DNA of 64,000 nt, from NCBI GenBank assembly GCA_963575745.1, contig CAUYUJ010000148.1, forward strand, positions 62,001-126,000, read 5' to 3'. Made by a program: the position numbers and the translations under genes. Positions 37,321-49,900 of the stretch are shown piece after piece. Position 1 is the stretch's first letter; every line of letters begins with the position of its first letter. The stretch comes from Prorocentrum cordatum (lineage: Eukaryota). The notes under the pieces were generated by a model. The model had not been told where the DNA came from. It saw only the letters and a list, made by a program, of their open reading frames with translations, and made no database searches.

Positions 37321-38599
37321 ACAACGACGGACGGCCCTCACAACTGCATATATGTTCGGGCCTTTCGCGTGGCCACTCGTTCTGCATCGCCAGCTCTGAG
37401 GGCCGGGGGCGAGCCTTCTTAGAAAGCGACGGGGCTTCGGGAGAGCCCTCTGGCCTTCTGAGAAGCCCTCTGTGGCTCGGCATGGAAGGGTCGGCGAGCC
37501 TACCAGAAGGCCAGAGTCCTTCTGAGCCTCCTGAGGATGCGGGCGCGGCCCGCGGTGCGCTCGGGCCCCGGGGGTCTCATCGGACTTGGGAGCCCCGGGG
37601 CCACAGGGTTGGAGAGGGGAGGAGGAGGAGGAGAGGGAGGAGGAGGAGGAAGAGGAAGCGGAGGAGGCGGAAGAGGACCCGTTCAAACCAAAGGCTCATC
37701 AACGATGTTGGAATGAGCCCTGCCTTCAAGCTCCCTTGTCATGGGCCCCTACAAAGGCCCATATCCACTGAGGGAACTGGTTCGTTGGGGGACAACCGTT
37801 TGAAGACCCTGAAGCATGCCAAGACATCATTCTCAGGACTCCAACGCCACGGGTCAACCTGACCGTTGCGTCTTGACGATCCTGAATCACGCCAGAACAC
37901 CATTCGTGGGACTCCAACATGGCGAACGAACAGAACGGCTGCATAATTACAATCCTGAATCCTTCCAGAAAACCGTTCCTGGTACGTTGACCGTGGGAAT
38001 CCGTAGATCTCTGTCATTTTTTGAAAACGAATGTGCGCGGCGCTACGGCGAGAATCACATTTTCAAACGAGCCGCCCTCAATCCGTGACGCTCCTTCAAT
38101 TTGTTTAAAGAAACGTGCGCGGCGCTAAGACGAGAAACACATTTTGAAAACGACCCACCCTCAATCCGCGAAACTTCTGCAATGTTTTAACTAAGGTGTG
38201 CGCGGCCCGAACCCGCCCTTCCGACCGGCTTCGGGATGCGACAAGAAGGAATTTCCCAGAAGGGAAAGGAATGTAAGATGAGGCTCGGATAGGAAATGAC
38301 TCGGCCTTGCGCGTGTGCTGAAAGGTTGCAGCTAAACGCTGTGTGAAACACGTGCAGCTACTTTACCTCGAACAATCGTACATCTGCTCTACGAGGTTCT
38401 GGGTCGCGCGCGCATTGCAGCATTCGTCGAGGCCATCCGCCAGGCTGTACGTAATACTGTGAACGCTGAGGAGGAGGAGGAGGACGAGGAGGCGGAGGAG
38501 GAGGAGGAGGAGGAGGGAGGAGGAGGAGGAGGGAGGAGGGACAGGGTGGGAGGGGGAGGGGCGGAAAGAGGAACAACATCAACATCGGCCGACTGCAAA

Positions 38600-41500
38600 A
38601 GCACTGGGTGACAAGTCCCCGGGGCGGCCAGCCGGCCTTCCGCGCCCGTGGCGGCGGCAGCGACCGCGGGCGCCCCGGAGACGTGCACGGCGAAGCCCTT
38701 CGGGGAGGCGGGCGCCACGACGACGACGGCAGAGGAAGGCACCTCCGAACATCTCCGCCTCCTCCAGGGCCTCCTCCTCCTCCTCCTCCTCCTCCTGCTC
38801 CTCCTCCTCCTCCTCCTCCGCCTGCTCCTGCTCCTCCTCACATCTCCTCCTCAGTGCCCTCCTCCTCCGCCTCCTCCTCCTCCTCCGCCTCCTCCTCCTC
38901 CCCCTCTCTGAGCTGCGCGCGCCTGGGCCTGGCAGCGCGAAGGCGGTCAGGTGCCGCCAGCAGAGGCGAATTGTCCCTTCGGCCCGGGTCAGGCTGCGGC
39001 CCGCAGGGCGGAGAGGGAGTTTTGAGCGCTGCACGGGCCGCATTCCCAGACTCACCCCCTCGCGAGAACGCAACACCATGCTGACAACAATATCTCGCTG
39101 GGGACGGCACCAGAGCCATACAATCCATGATCAGACGAGATCCTGACCATGCTCTTAGGGTGGAGGGCTCAGGGTGAAATTCATAATCATGGGCGCTTGC
39201 ACTCGAAAATCAATCCGGCGTGTGATTCACCTGTTGCAGATTCAAGCCTCGAACATCCATTGGAACGGCATTTCAGACTTCACCCTCTGCCCTCCACCCA
39301 AAGAAAATGCTCGGACATCAGACGAGTCCAGTCCGACTCCTCTCCAATGAAGGGGCCCTGGGACACACAAATAAAGAAATACAAATAAAAATATTCCCCA
39401 TGTTTTCCCGAAGGTTCTGGGTTCTTGTCTTCCCCCACCCCTTCCCACATTTTCCCAGATTTTCTGGGGAATCGACGATTCCGTGTGTCTGAGTGTGTGT
39501 CTTTCTCCCTCCCGCTCCCAGGGGATGCTGGCCCACGCGCTGGAGCCTCGCCTCGGGCCCTCGCCCAGGCCAGGCCGGCCTCTCCGAGGCCCGAGGGCCC
39601 AAGGTCTGCTCCCTCGGGGACCCTTCCCTCCCCGCAGGAAGCGGCGAGTCCGAGACACGCGGGGCCGTCCTCTGCGGTTCTGAGAGCCGGCAGAGGAAAC
39701 ATCAGCACAGGCTTCCGTCGGGCGTGTCCCCCCTTACAGGGGGAAGCATCGACGAAACATTACGAAAACTCAAAAAATACTCCCAGATGGTCAAACAGTG
39801 CTCAAGAAAATAGTCCCCAGACTACTTTTTTATACTATTTTTGAATATTCCCCCTGTAGAGGGACAGGCCCGACCTAAGCATAGCCGGAAACTTTCGGAG
39901 TCCCGCGCAGATCTCCAGAATCGGCGCTGGACGCCCCCGGAGGCGCCTCCGGCGCCGCGCCTCATGCGATCCGCGCGTCAGGGAAGGCGGTCCAGCGCCG
40001 ACTCCCGAAGCCTGCGCGGACATCTGGAAGTTTGTGCTGGAGTCTCAGTTCCTTTTGTCATGGGGGCTGGAAGCTGTGGCCGGGGCAAGGCCCTTCCACT
40101 CTCTCCGGTCCTGACCTCCGAACGTGTGCGATAATGCTGGGCAGGCTGCGGGCTGCGCGCAGACAGCCCCAGACTGGCCTGAATTTGGAGGCGGCCAGGA
40201 GGGTCGGAACTGGTTGGGGCCCCATCAAATCGGTCAGGAGGCCAAAAACCGCTCAACATCGGCCCCTGGACACCTCCCGGGGCCCATCTGGTGCAGCTCT
40301 CTTTTCGACGACCAAAGAGCTATGACTCTGACTGAACGTCTGAGATTCGCTGCCTGGTACACTTTTTCACCCCAAATTTGTTGTTCACGGTCCCGGTGCC
40401 CGAAACTGGCCCCCAGAGGCCGAAAAGGGCAAAAAACACCTTCCCGAACCCAGGCCCTCGAAGCTGCCCTCCCCTCCCTGCTCGGTGGAACCCGTGCTGC
40501 AGACCCCCAGACAGCTCCAACCCCCCAGGTAGCCCCCGCTGGCCTCACAAAATCTTGGCCCCACTGGCCGACGTACCCATCTGGGTGGGAACAGATGCCT
40601 GCTCCTTACACTTTCGCGGGGCCCAATTCCCAACGGGGAGGGTGAACTGTTGGAGCTGAGATACCATGGCCCGGTGAGGATGGGGATAGGGGATAGGTAG
40701 GACGATGCTGAGAATGGATGGGAGACGTCACACGATGACGGCAGGACTGGCATCGGTTTCGGATCGGAACGTGCTTCGGATTGGGCTGCGTCGGCACGGA
40801 GTCGGAACCGGATAGGATCAGCCGCGCCTTGGATGTACAGCAGCGCCACGTAAGCATCGGGGCGCATCGGATCGCTGGAATATCGGGATCGAACCGGATC
40901 GGGTCGGCAGAAACCGATGTCGCATCCACTCGATCGGATCGAAATGGACGCTGGGAGGGCGCCACGACGCTGGGGATGGGGGAGCTTCGGGGAGGCCATT
41001 CGGGGAGGAGGAGGGCGCTACGATCTCGAGAAGCCCCTCGGGAAAGCCCTCGGGGGAGGAAGGCGCCACGACTGGGGGGGGGGCAGGTGAGAGCCGAGGG
41101 CGGCCAGGCCGAGGCTCCCCCCGTCTTCTGAAGCCACGGCCTCTCTCCGTCACCCCCCCCCCCGAGGCCCAAATCGGGGTACGAGACCACGATTCTGCTA
41201 GCCTGGAGCCCAAGAGGCTCGACCGACCGACCTCCCCTCCTCCTCCTCCTCCTCCTCCTCCTCCTCCTCCTCCTCCTCCTCCTCCTCCTCCTCCTCCTCC
41301 TCCCTCCTCCTCCTCCCTCCTCCTCCTCCTCCTCCTCCTCCTCCTCCTCCTCCTCCTCCTCCTCCTCCTCCTCCTCGTCCTCCTCCTCTCCCCCTCCTGC
41401 TCCCCTCCTCCTCCCCCTCCTTCCCCGTCCCCTCCTCCTCCCTCCGCCTCCTCCGCCTCCTCCCTCTCCTCCTCCTCCTCCTCCTCCTCCTCCTCCTCCT

Positions 41501-41640
41501 CCTCCTCCTCCTCCTCCTCCTCGTCCTCCTCCTCCTCTCGACCGACCGACCTCCCCTCTCCCACCCCCCTGGACTGCGGTCGTGGCCTTCTCCGCGCGCC
41601 AGACGCCGTCGGGGTCGTCGCGGTGGCGCGATAGCTCCTG
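38600..41640 (-). CDS. Putative short exons of the second gene (about 38630-38770, 40980-41075, 41570-41638)
   Basis: VVVAPASPKGFAVHVSG and VVAPSSPEGFPEGLLEIVAPSSSPNGLPE share a VVAPxSPxGF repeat. ctcag|ELSRHRDDPDGVWRAEKATTAVQ. Confidence 0.35.
39712..39877. mobile_element. MITE family A, copy 3
   Basis: Ends gtcgggcgtgtccccccttacaggggga / tccccctgtagagggacaggcccgaccta. Flanks agcacagg / agcatagc. Confidence 0.75.
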
Positions 41641-44600
41641 AGATCGAGAGCGTCACCAGAGCGGAAGAGGTGCCAGCTCCACATGAATCTCAGAGCCCTG
41701 CTGCGAAATTGGCCTGCGAGGATTTTATCGATCGCACCGCAACAGACAGCGAATGGACAGTTGTATGCCTGAGGTGGTCAAAACTGATAACGGATATAAG
41801 AAAGGCAAGATGCGCACATCATGGATCCTCTGTTCATATCGCCGGCATCGGCCTACAATAATGTGGTGATGGAGGTCGAGGACGCCTGCCTGACAGCTGG
41901 CTGCTCGCGCTTGCGCGACTTCATCTGTGTCGACCCACATGGATCCGCCAACAAATCTGCAAAGGGGAACCTCTCGAACGTCATATTGCCAAATGGCGAG
42001 TTCCGAGAACCCTGAAACCAACAATGTTGCCATCTCTTGGGGGCAAATGTTCACTTCCGCTGGTTTCCGCTGGCCTTCCGCCAGCTCCCGCCCGGAGCCG
42101 AGCCCGTTTCACTCCCGCCACCTTCCGCCGAGGAAGAGATAGCATCTCTTTCGAGCCTCGAAGGCGAAGCCCTCTGTAGAACGCCTCAAATGGAAGCCTG
42201 GAATGGATATGGAAAAGCTCAAGCAACACCCCACGCAAAAACGACGTGGATCGACCACGCCTCGCCTCATCTGCGAGTGACGTGTGGCATTCCAACCTTC
42301 CGTCGCCTGGCAGGATCCCTCAATAGTGGAAGGATGGGGAAATCAATAGCAGTAAAGGGGCCAATGGAGACACAGATGAATCAACAAACATTCCAAGATT
42401 CCCAATTTGTGTTGGAATATGTTCTGAATGCTCCTCCCCCCCTCCACCTCCCATACTTCCGAATACGAATATGTCCCCGGGAGTCTACACTTAGTTGTCT
42501 GCGCCTATGCTTCCCTTCTGGAATAAAGGGGGGGCGGTGGCGCAAAGGGGGGCATCACCGACGAGACGGGGGACTCGCCATCGCTCGAACGTCAATTCCC
42601 AGTGCATTTCGCGACTTCGTGCGTGCATTTCTTCGCGGGATGATCCAAGCTGTTCCCCGATACTCCTCAAAGAATGTCGCGCAACAGTCCGCAAACACGA
42701 GAGGTGTCACATGCCATGGACCTCATAACAGTCAAAACTCCACGCGTCGTCATACAGACCGCTGCTCTGGTAAAGGGGCGGACCTTGCCGCAGGCACCTA
42801 TAATTTACATGTTAGCGATGCGACTGTGCTCGGCGGCCGTGCCGCCCGCGTTTGGAGTGCGCCCCGAACGCTCGCGTTGTCAATCGCCTCTGCTTGCTTG
42901 CTCCGCTGTGCTCGGATATCGAAAAAATGAGATCGACCGCTGATGCGGGCAGGCTGCACCAGGGACTCCACTTTTCGAACATGGATTGGAGACGAGGTAA
43001 GACGACGGACGGTGGGGCAGGGAAGCAAAGAAAAACGAGGAATAATGAGGGAAGTGGGAAGGGGCGCTCCCCCGCCCGAGCCGCGGACGCTTTCGACATC
43101 ATTTATGGGAGGGAAGAAAGGAAGGGGAACGGAGCAAGGGCGAGGACGACGACGGGAAGCAAAGTGTCCTGGGTCCGCATATAGCCATATGCTTGCGATT
43201 CGGGTGCGCGCGCTTTCTTCGAGGCGCTTCAAGCCCGACCCATACTGAATTCACTAATTCCTCCAAATTGTGTAAAATCTATGTCCTCTGTTCCACCTCC
43301 TATACAACTGCCTCAGACCAGAAGGGCAGTGGACTCCACCCTGGGTTGTGGATCAGATTTATCAGAGTTGCTGAGTCGGGAGGGGCTGGCCGCTGACTTA
43401 TTCGGGATAGCTCCAGTCCAGGGTAACTCTGGTTTGGGCCTTTGGGGCACGAGCCAGGAGATACCTCTGACCACCCCCAGCCCCGATGAGTCGGGAGGGG
43501 GGACTCCTGAATCATTCGGGCAACTCTGGTTTGGGCCCCCGAAGCAAGAACTAAGAGTAGGACGAGAAGAATATGTTGACACAGCGTGCTATTGATACGT
43601 TCCGGGGATTCCGGGATTTCTAAAAACCTTCGCGCGGGGTACACCTTGCGTCGAATATTGTCTACTCTGGCTGGCGCCGCTGGTCGGCCACCCATTCTCC
43701 ATCGAGTGGTCGCCCGTAAGGGGCTATTTGGCAGTTGCTGATCCCCCTTCTCGTTGCCGAGCGCGGGGGGGGCGGTGGCGCACCGTCCCATCGCCCGCCG
43801 CCGCGCACCGCGCGCCTCGGCGGATTCCCAAAGACCTGGCAAGGCAAATCATGCGCGACTCTGGAAAAGTCCCAGGGGGTAAAAATGAACAAATCCGGGA
43901 ACGTTTTTGAACATGTCCGGCCTACTTTTTGAAAAATATCAGAATCGTTTTTGAAAATTTCTGGGGTCGTCTTTGAAAAATTCCAAAGTCCATTTTGAAA
44001 AATTCCGGATTTCAGAATTCTTCAGATGTCCTGCGCGGCGGGCGCATTCCACCCCTCAAAACTGTTTTTTTGAAAATTTCCGGGCTCCTTTGTGAAAAAT
44101 TCCGGAACCGCTTGCGCAAAAAAAGGTGGAAGAGTTTTCTGACACATTCTGCAATCTAGAAATAATATCCGGGCGATCTGACGGGCGAGGCCGGCTGATT
44201 CACGCGCCGCGCCGCGCGCGATTGGGCGCAGCGCGCGCCGCGCGTTGCGCCCGCGAACAACACTCGAAGGGGCTACCTCGAAAACAGCGCCATGGCAGCT
44301 GCGACTCCCGGACTCCCCAAGAGCAACACAGCATGCAGCTTGGAATCTTCGAGGGCGCTCCGATGCGCGAAGAATGCACCACGAGCATCGCGAAAAGAAC
44401 CTGCGCCTGCGCGACGGAATGCGCTCGACCATTCGTCCCTGGAGCCCGCGCGGAAGAACAGGAAAACATGGAAATCTGGAAAACTAGCAATATCAATACT
44501 TCATGCTCCTCTGAAAGAGGTACCCCTGACCACCCCCAACGCCGATGAACTGGGGCTCTGACCCACTCTTTCCGTGTACCCGTTTCGATCATATCGACCC

Positions 44601-45405
44601 ATTTTTTGCCCCTGACTCGGCTCGGCGATCCTCGGCCACACGCTCTTTTGGGGCCGCGGGGGGACAAGCGCGCAAGACGCTGCTACCGCATCGCGTGTTC
44701 AGCGATCGTGGGACCCCTGTCGGCCCGCACCAAAGGGTCACTGCGGCGAAGGGTCACAATCACGTGTAGTCGACTGCCGTGCGGTGGAGGGGCGACGGCG
44801 GCCGGGGCTCCTCCACGTGGCCGTCTGCGCCTCGGCGAACGGCCGCGCCCGGGGCGAGGCCGAGCCAACCCCGGAGATTGGCACGTTCTGCCTGCCGGCT
44901 TGGTCACTGGCACTGCGCATATGCAAGATGCGCATAAGGTGCACGCAATGTGCCGAACACTATGTGAAGTGAGGATTGTCGCGTGCACGTGCAAGCTATG
45001 CGGTGGCGGCTGCGGAGTGCACGCTACGCCGTGTGAGTGATGTGGTCCAAGCTATGTGCTGCAAGCTGTGTGGTGTAAACAATGTGGTTGAGGCTATGCG
45101 GTACAAGACGTGCGGTTCAACGTATGTGGTGTAAGCAAGACGGTGCAAGCTATGTGCCCACCCAGCGTACGAGGCGCCACGAAGCGTCACGAGGACACTT
45201 AAAAACTCGAGCCCCTTCGAAACGAGGCATGCTCCCCACTTTTGCAACCAGGCCACATGTGCTGCCAGGCATCGTGCCACTCATTTACGTCCCCATTCTG
45301 GGCGAAATTTGCACGCCTGGCGTGCCAACTGGGGCTCCCTTCTCGCCTCGCTTTCGGATACCTCCGCAAGGCTTCGGAGGCTTCTGCAGGGGGGAGGGGG
45401 GGATT

Positions 45406-45756
45406 GGAGGGTCAGGAGCAAGAGCGGAAGTCGGGTCAAACGAAGGGGGGGAGGGATCAGTAAAGGGGAGTGGCTGCGAATCGGCTCACGTAGCTGATTT
45501 CCCAACCGTTTCCTGGCACGCGATATGATGTGCCGATGCATCGAGGGAATCGCCTGGCGGCGGAGCCGAAACAAGCTGCACTGGAGAGTCAGGAGCAAGA
45601 GCGGAAGTCGGGTCAAACGAAGGGGGGGGGGTCAATAAAGGGGAAAGGCTGCGAATCGGCTCACGCAGCTGATTTCCCAACCGTTTCCTGGCGCCCGATA
45701 TGCTGTGCCGATGCGTCGAGGGAATCGCCTGACGGCGGAGCCGAATCGAGCTGCAT
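45406..45756. repeat. Tandem duplication, 2 x 177 bp
   Basis: gtcaggagcaagagcggaagtcgggtcaaacgaagggggg at 45411 and 45588, colinear for about 165 bp. Confidence 0.9.
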
Positions 45757-46276
45757 GCTTTCCCCACACCCTGCGAAATGCTTTAGAAATCATGGGTTAA
45801 GAAATTCATAGTCTCAGAACTTGAATAAAAACCCAAAATTTCCATTCAAATCTTAGGATTTACATTGAAACATTAAGAATAATCGAGACTCTGGCCGAAA
45901 ATTTAAGTTTTCTTAAGCATCGCCTAAGGTGTATCCCTATCCCCCTTCGTAACCCCCCTCTTTTCCTAACCCCCCTTCAGTCCAACCGTATGGAGCCCAA
46001 TCCAGTCCTATCCAATCCGCTCATGAAGAGCGAACGATCCGAAAGCCCCGTTAGTTACTCGAGACTCCTGAGCATCGCTTTCGCGAAAATTGACTCTAAA
46101 TAAAATTCGAGCCTGGCCTTCCAAGCCCACTCGAGCACCGCTGGCGCTGTTCCTCCAGGGTTACTATCCACCGCTCGGGCGCGCTGCCCCAGTGGGCACG
46201 GAAACAACGCGAGCACACAGCGCTGCGCGTCAAGGCCACAAGGGCGCATTTGTCGTGCAGATTAGTTCATGCTGGT

Positions 46277-46432
46277 AATAGGTCGGGCGTGTCCCCCTAC
46301 AGGCGGATCTTTGAGGAAATATGGCCCAATCTAAAACTCAAACATCTTCAAACATTGTCAAATAATCGTCCCCGGAATTTTTTGTTTGACTATGTTTGAA
46401 TATTCCTCCTGTAGAGGGACACGCCCGACTTA
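46277..46432. mobile_element. MITE family A, copy 4 (best preserved)
   Basis: TIR gtcgggcgtgtccccctacagg / cctgtagagggacacgcccgac (21/22). Perfect 8-bp TSD atgctggt at 46269-46276 and 46433-46440. Confidence 0.85.
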
Positions 46433-46714
46433 ATGCTGGTGTCCGCCGGGGCAAAGGAGGAGGAGGAGGAGGAGGAGGAGGAGGAGGAGGGGTCGCACAA
46501 GCACTTCGGGGAAACCCTCCAGCCGCAGGTAACGTGCAGAATTGTTCATGCGGGTGTCCGGCGGAGCAGGAAGCGCAGTGCCGATCGACCGAGAAAGCGA
46601 GCGAGGCCCCCCCCTCCCTTCGAGCCCTGGAGCGCCTCGGCGCCCGGGCCGCGGCGACACGCGGGCCCTCCGCGGGGGCGCCGCAAGGGCGGGTCGGAGG
46701 TCAAGAGGGATCTA

Positions 46715-46910
46715 ACATCGAGGAGGATCGAGGCTCGAGGATCGACGAGGAGAATCGAGGATCGAGGAGGAAGATGACCGAGGATCGAAGGAGGACCGAG
46801 GATCGAGGAGGAGCATCGAGGATCGGAACGGAGCATCGAGGATCGGAGAGAAGGATCGAGGATCGAGGAGGATGAACATCGAGGATCGAGTCGGAGCATC
46901 GGAGGTCGAG
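46715..46910. repeat. (GAGGATC)n 7-bp repeat
   Basis: Directly visible. Confidence 0.85.
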
Positions 46911-46964
46911 GAGGAGGAGGAGGATGGAAAGAAGATCGAGGACGGACGAGAGGGAGCGAGGATC

Positions 46965-49900
46965 CGGGCGGCCGCATTCCGAGGCGCCCGCAGTACCTCA
47001 CCCGCAGGATCTCCAGGGCGGGGCCGCCGCGCGTCCAAATCACCTCCTCCTGCCAGGACGGGTCGGGGGGCGTGCGTCGGCCCAGGATCGGCGCACGTGC
47101 ATACCTGGCAGTGGCAAGGGGGACAATAACTTTGAGCAGGGACCCGCAGTGCCCAGCATTCCTGAGCCCGACCACGTACTGTTCTTAGGTTGCAGGTGGT
47201 TGCACTTAGGTGCTCTGCCGCTGGTGTGCCCGTCTGGCGGCTATGTCGCCGCCGTCGCCGCCCCGTCGCCGTCTCGTCGCCACCCGTCGTCTGGGCCAGC
47301 TCGCTGGTCTGGCGGCAACATGGCCGCCATCGCCGCCACGTCGCTGCCTAGACTGCACAACGTAGATTCGATTTTTCCAAAAGAGCGCTAGGATCTAACC
47401 CCCTCTGGAATTAACAGTATCCCATGTCGCAGTCCAATATACAAACGATGTTGCCCGTCGTCCATCCAGAATATGAGTCCGTGCCATCCCAGGCAAGCCA
47501 TTATCACCCACCCCCGTTTAATCCTCCGCGATAAATGGTATGCACGTTCACTCGCTTACCACGAAGCATCAAGTGTCAAACAAATCAAACTATGGAACGA
47601 AGTGCGCATGCGCGCGTCGTCGCGCGCGCATGCCAAAACCCTTGATGAACTTTCATGTTCCGGGAGGGTTTCGAACACCATGTATCCCGTAGCGATCCCA
47701 AACAACTCGTGGCTTCTGGTACCAAATGTCGCCCCCGAGCCGGGCGATCGCGGTCGTGCGAATGGTTGGAGGAGGAGGAGGAGGAGGAGGAGGAGGAGGA
47801 GGAGGAGGAGGAGGAGGGAGGAGGAGGGAGGAGGAGGGAGGAGGAGGACATCACGCGCGCTTTTTTCTTGCCCGTGACATTCTGCCACATGGGCCTCCCG
47901 CGCCGCAGCCCGACCTCGCTCGAACCACCCGGCACGCGCGCTGTGTCGCAAGAATTCCCTGCAGCAGACGGGGCTGAAAGCGCACGCGCGCACCGTCGCG
48001 CGCACGCTGGAATCCGTCAAAAACCAGCGAAGGTTTCGTCAGGACTTCAGAATCGCGTGTCCCGAACACACATATGAAATCACAGGGCTTTGCATCGCAG
48101 ATGTTGCAAAACACCCGAAGAGTGCGTTCGCGCTCCTGTGGTTCCTTACTATAACCATGCGACTTGTTCGAAGCATAATGTTCTTTCCATTCTGCAAAAC
48201 GGACCGCTCGCGCCGCAAGTCGGCATCATTCGAACGCCCTTGCGCGCGCTGGGGGGGCACGATCCGTCTCAAAGGATACCGTGCGTGACACTCTCGCACG
48301 TCGGCACCGCGCGCATGTAGAACTCCTTCTAACACTTTTGGTTAAAATCATCGACGCGCAAGCGACGTCATCGTCGTCGGCGCGATCAGCATCGACGCCG
48401 TCACTGACATTGCCGTCGTCATCGCCACCATCGCCACCAGCATCGCTACTTTCATAATCGCGTCGACGGTTGCAGACGTTACCACGATACCGTGGCGGTC
48501 CAAGCCGCCGGCCCGCACTGACGCGCCCGCCGGGAAGCGCCCAGCGGTCACCGCCACGACTGCCGCGTCGGTCGCGCCAAACTAGCTGGCCGCTGAACGC
48601 GCGAGCATGCGCGGGCTAGCGCCGCCGCAAAGATGCACCAGCCAACGCCAAGCACTCATCACAATCGTCGCGGCATGGTTTGACGCAGACCAAATTGCGA
48701 GAGAGCGCGCCCACAGCGCCGACGCAAAGGGGGGGGGTCCGTGGTCCCCCCTTAAATACTCTCCCCCTCCCTTCCACCTCCCCTGCTGGAAGCCCCCCCC
48801 CCTCCTCCCCTTTTCGCCCCCCCCCTGAAGCTACCCCACCCCTTTCGCCACTCCGAAACTACGCCCCCCCCCTCTCTAGCTATCGCCCCCTCCCCTTGAC
48901 CCCCCTCTGCCGGAAGCTACCCCCCCGTCCTTTGGTTCCAAAAGGGAGTGGTACTTAGCACCCCCCCTTCACCTGGGAAGCTCCCCCCCTCCCCCCCCCT
49001 TACGCAAAAGGGAGGGGAGGGCTTAGCTACCCCCCTCTTCCCTTGAACCCCTCTGCCGGAAGCTACCCACCCACCCCTTTGGTTCCAAAGGGGGGGAGCT
49101 TAGCAGCCCCGCCCCTCCGTTTCGGTACCCGGGAAGCTACCCCCCCCCCCCTTACGCAAAGGGTGGGGGGTGCTTAGCTCCCCCTCCCCCTTCCCTTGAC
49201 CCCCCTCTGCCAGAAGTTCCCCCCCCTCTCCCTCCTTTCGGCACATGGGCTCCGCCCCCCCCCTTCCCTCCTTACGAAAAAGATGGAAGGGGTGCTTAGC
49301 TCCCCCTCCCTCCCCTTGACGCTCCTCTGCCAGAAGTTCCCCCCCTGTATTTCCAAAAGGAATGGCGGACTTAGCAGCCCCCCCCCCCTTCCCTTTCGGC
49401 ACCCGGGAAGCCCGCCCCCCTCCCCCACCTTCCGAAATGGGAAGGTGGAGCATAGCAACATTACTCGCTCCCGTGACCTTCCTCTGGCGGAAGCCCCCCC
49501 CTCCTCATGTTGTTTCCGCTCCCCTGCAGGAAACTACCCCCCCCTTTCCAAAAGGAGGAAAGGCGGCTCGCTTAGCTACAACCCCCCTCCCTTGACCCCC
49601 CCCTGCCGGACGATCCTCCCCCGTCGGCGTGGTCGTTGCCGTCGTCGCTCGACGTCTTCGTACGACGCTGTCGTCGTCCTCGTCGTCGTTGTCGCCGCCG
49701 TCGCCGTCATTGTCGCTGTCTTCGTATGACCTCGTCGTGGTCGTCACGACGAGGACGAGGTCATACGAAGACGGCGACGGACGACGGACGACGCGCGACC
49801 CACGACCGACGACGACGACGACCCAGGGCCAGAGAAAACGAGAACACGACCCAGGGGATGAGAAAACTCTCCCTCTCCGCCCTCGCCACCCCGCCCACGC

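Noticed and set aside
36519..37862. 447-aa ORF with HTHT / CVCV runs
   Set aside because: Translation of CA/TG microsatellites and a non-coding repeat.
41821..42330. Plus-strand frame MDPLFISPASAYNNVVMEVEDAC... continuing past one stop
   Set aside because: Could be a decayed transposon gene, but I recognise no motif; not callable without a search.
47420..47500. Minus-strand DGQHR (ParB/DGQHR-like) word and a SPRY-like ILDCDMG in another frame
   Set aside because: Isolated short matches with stops nearby and no supporting motifs.
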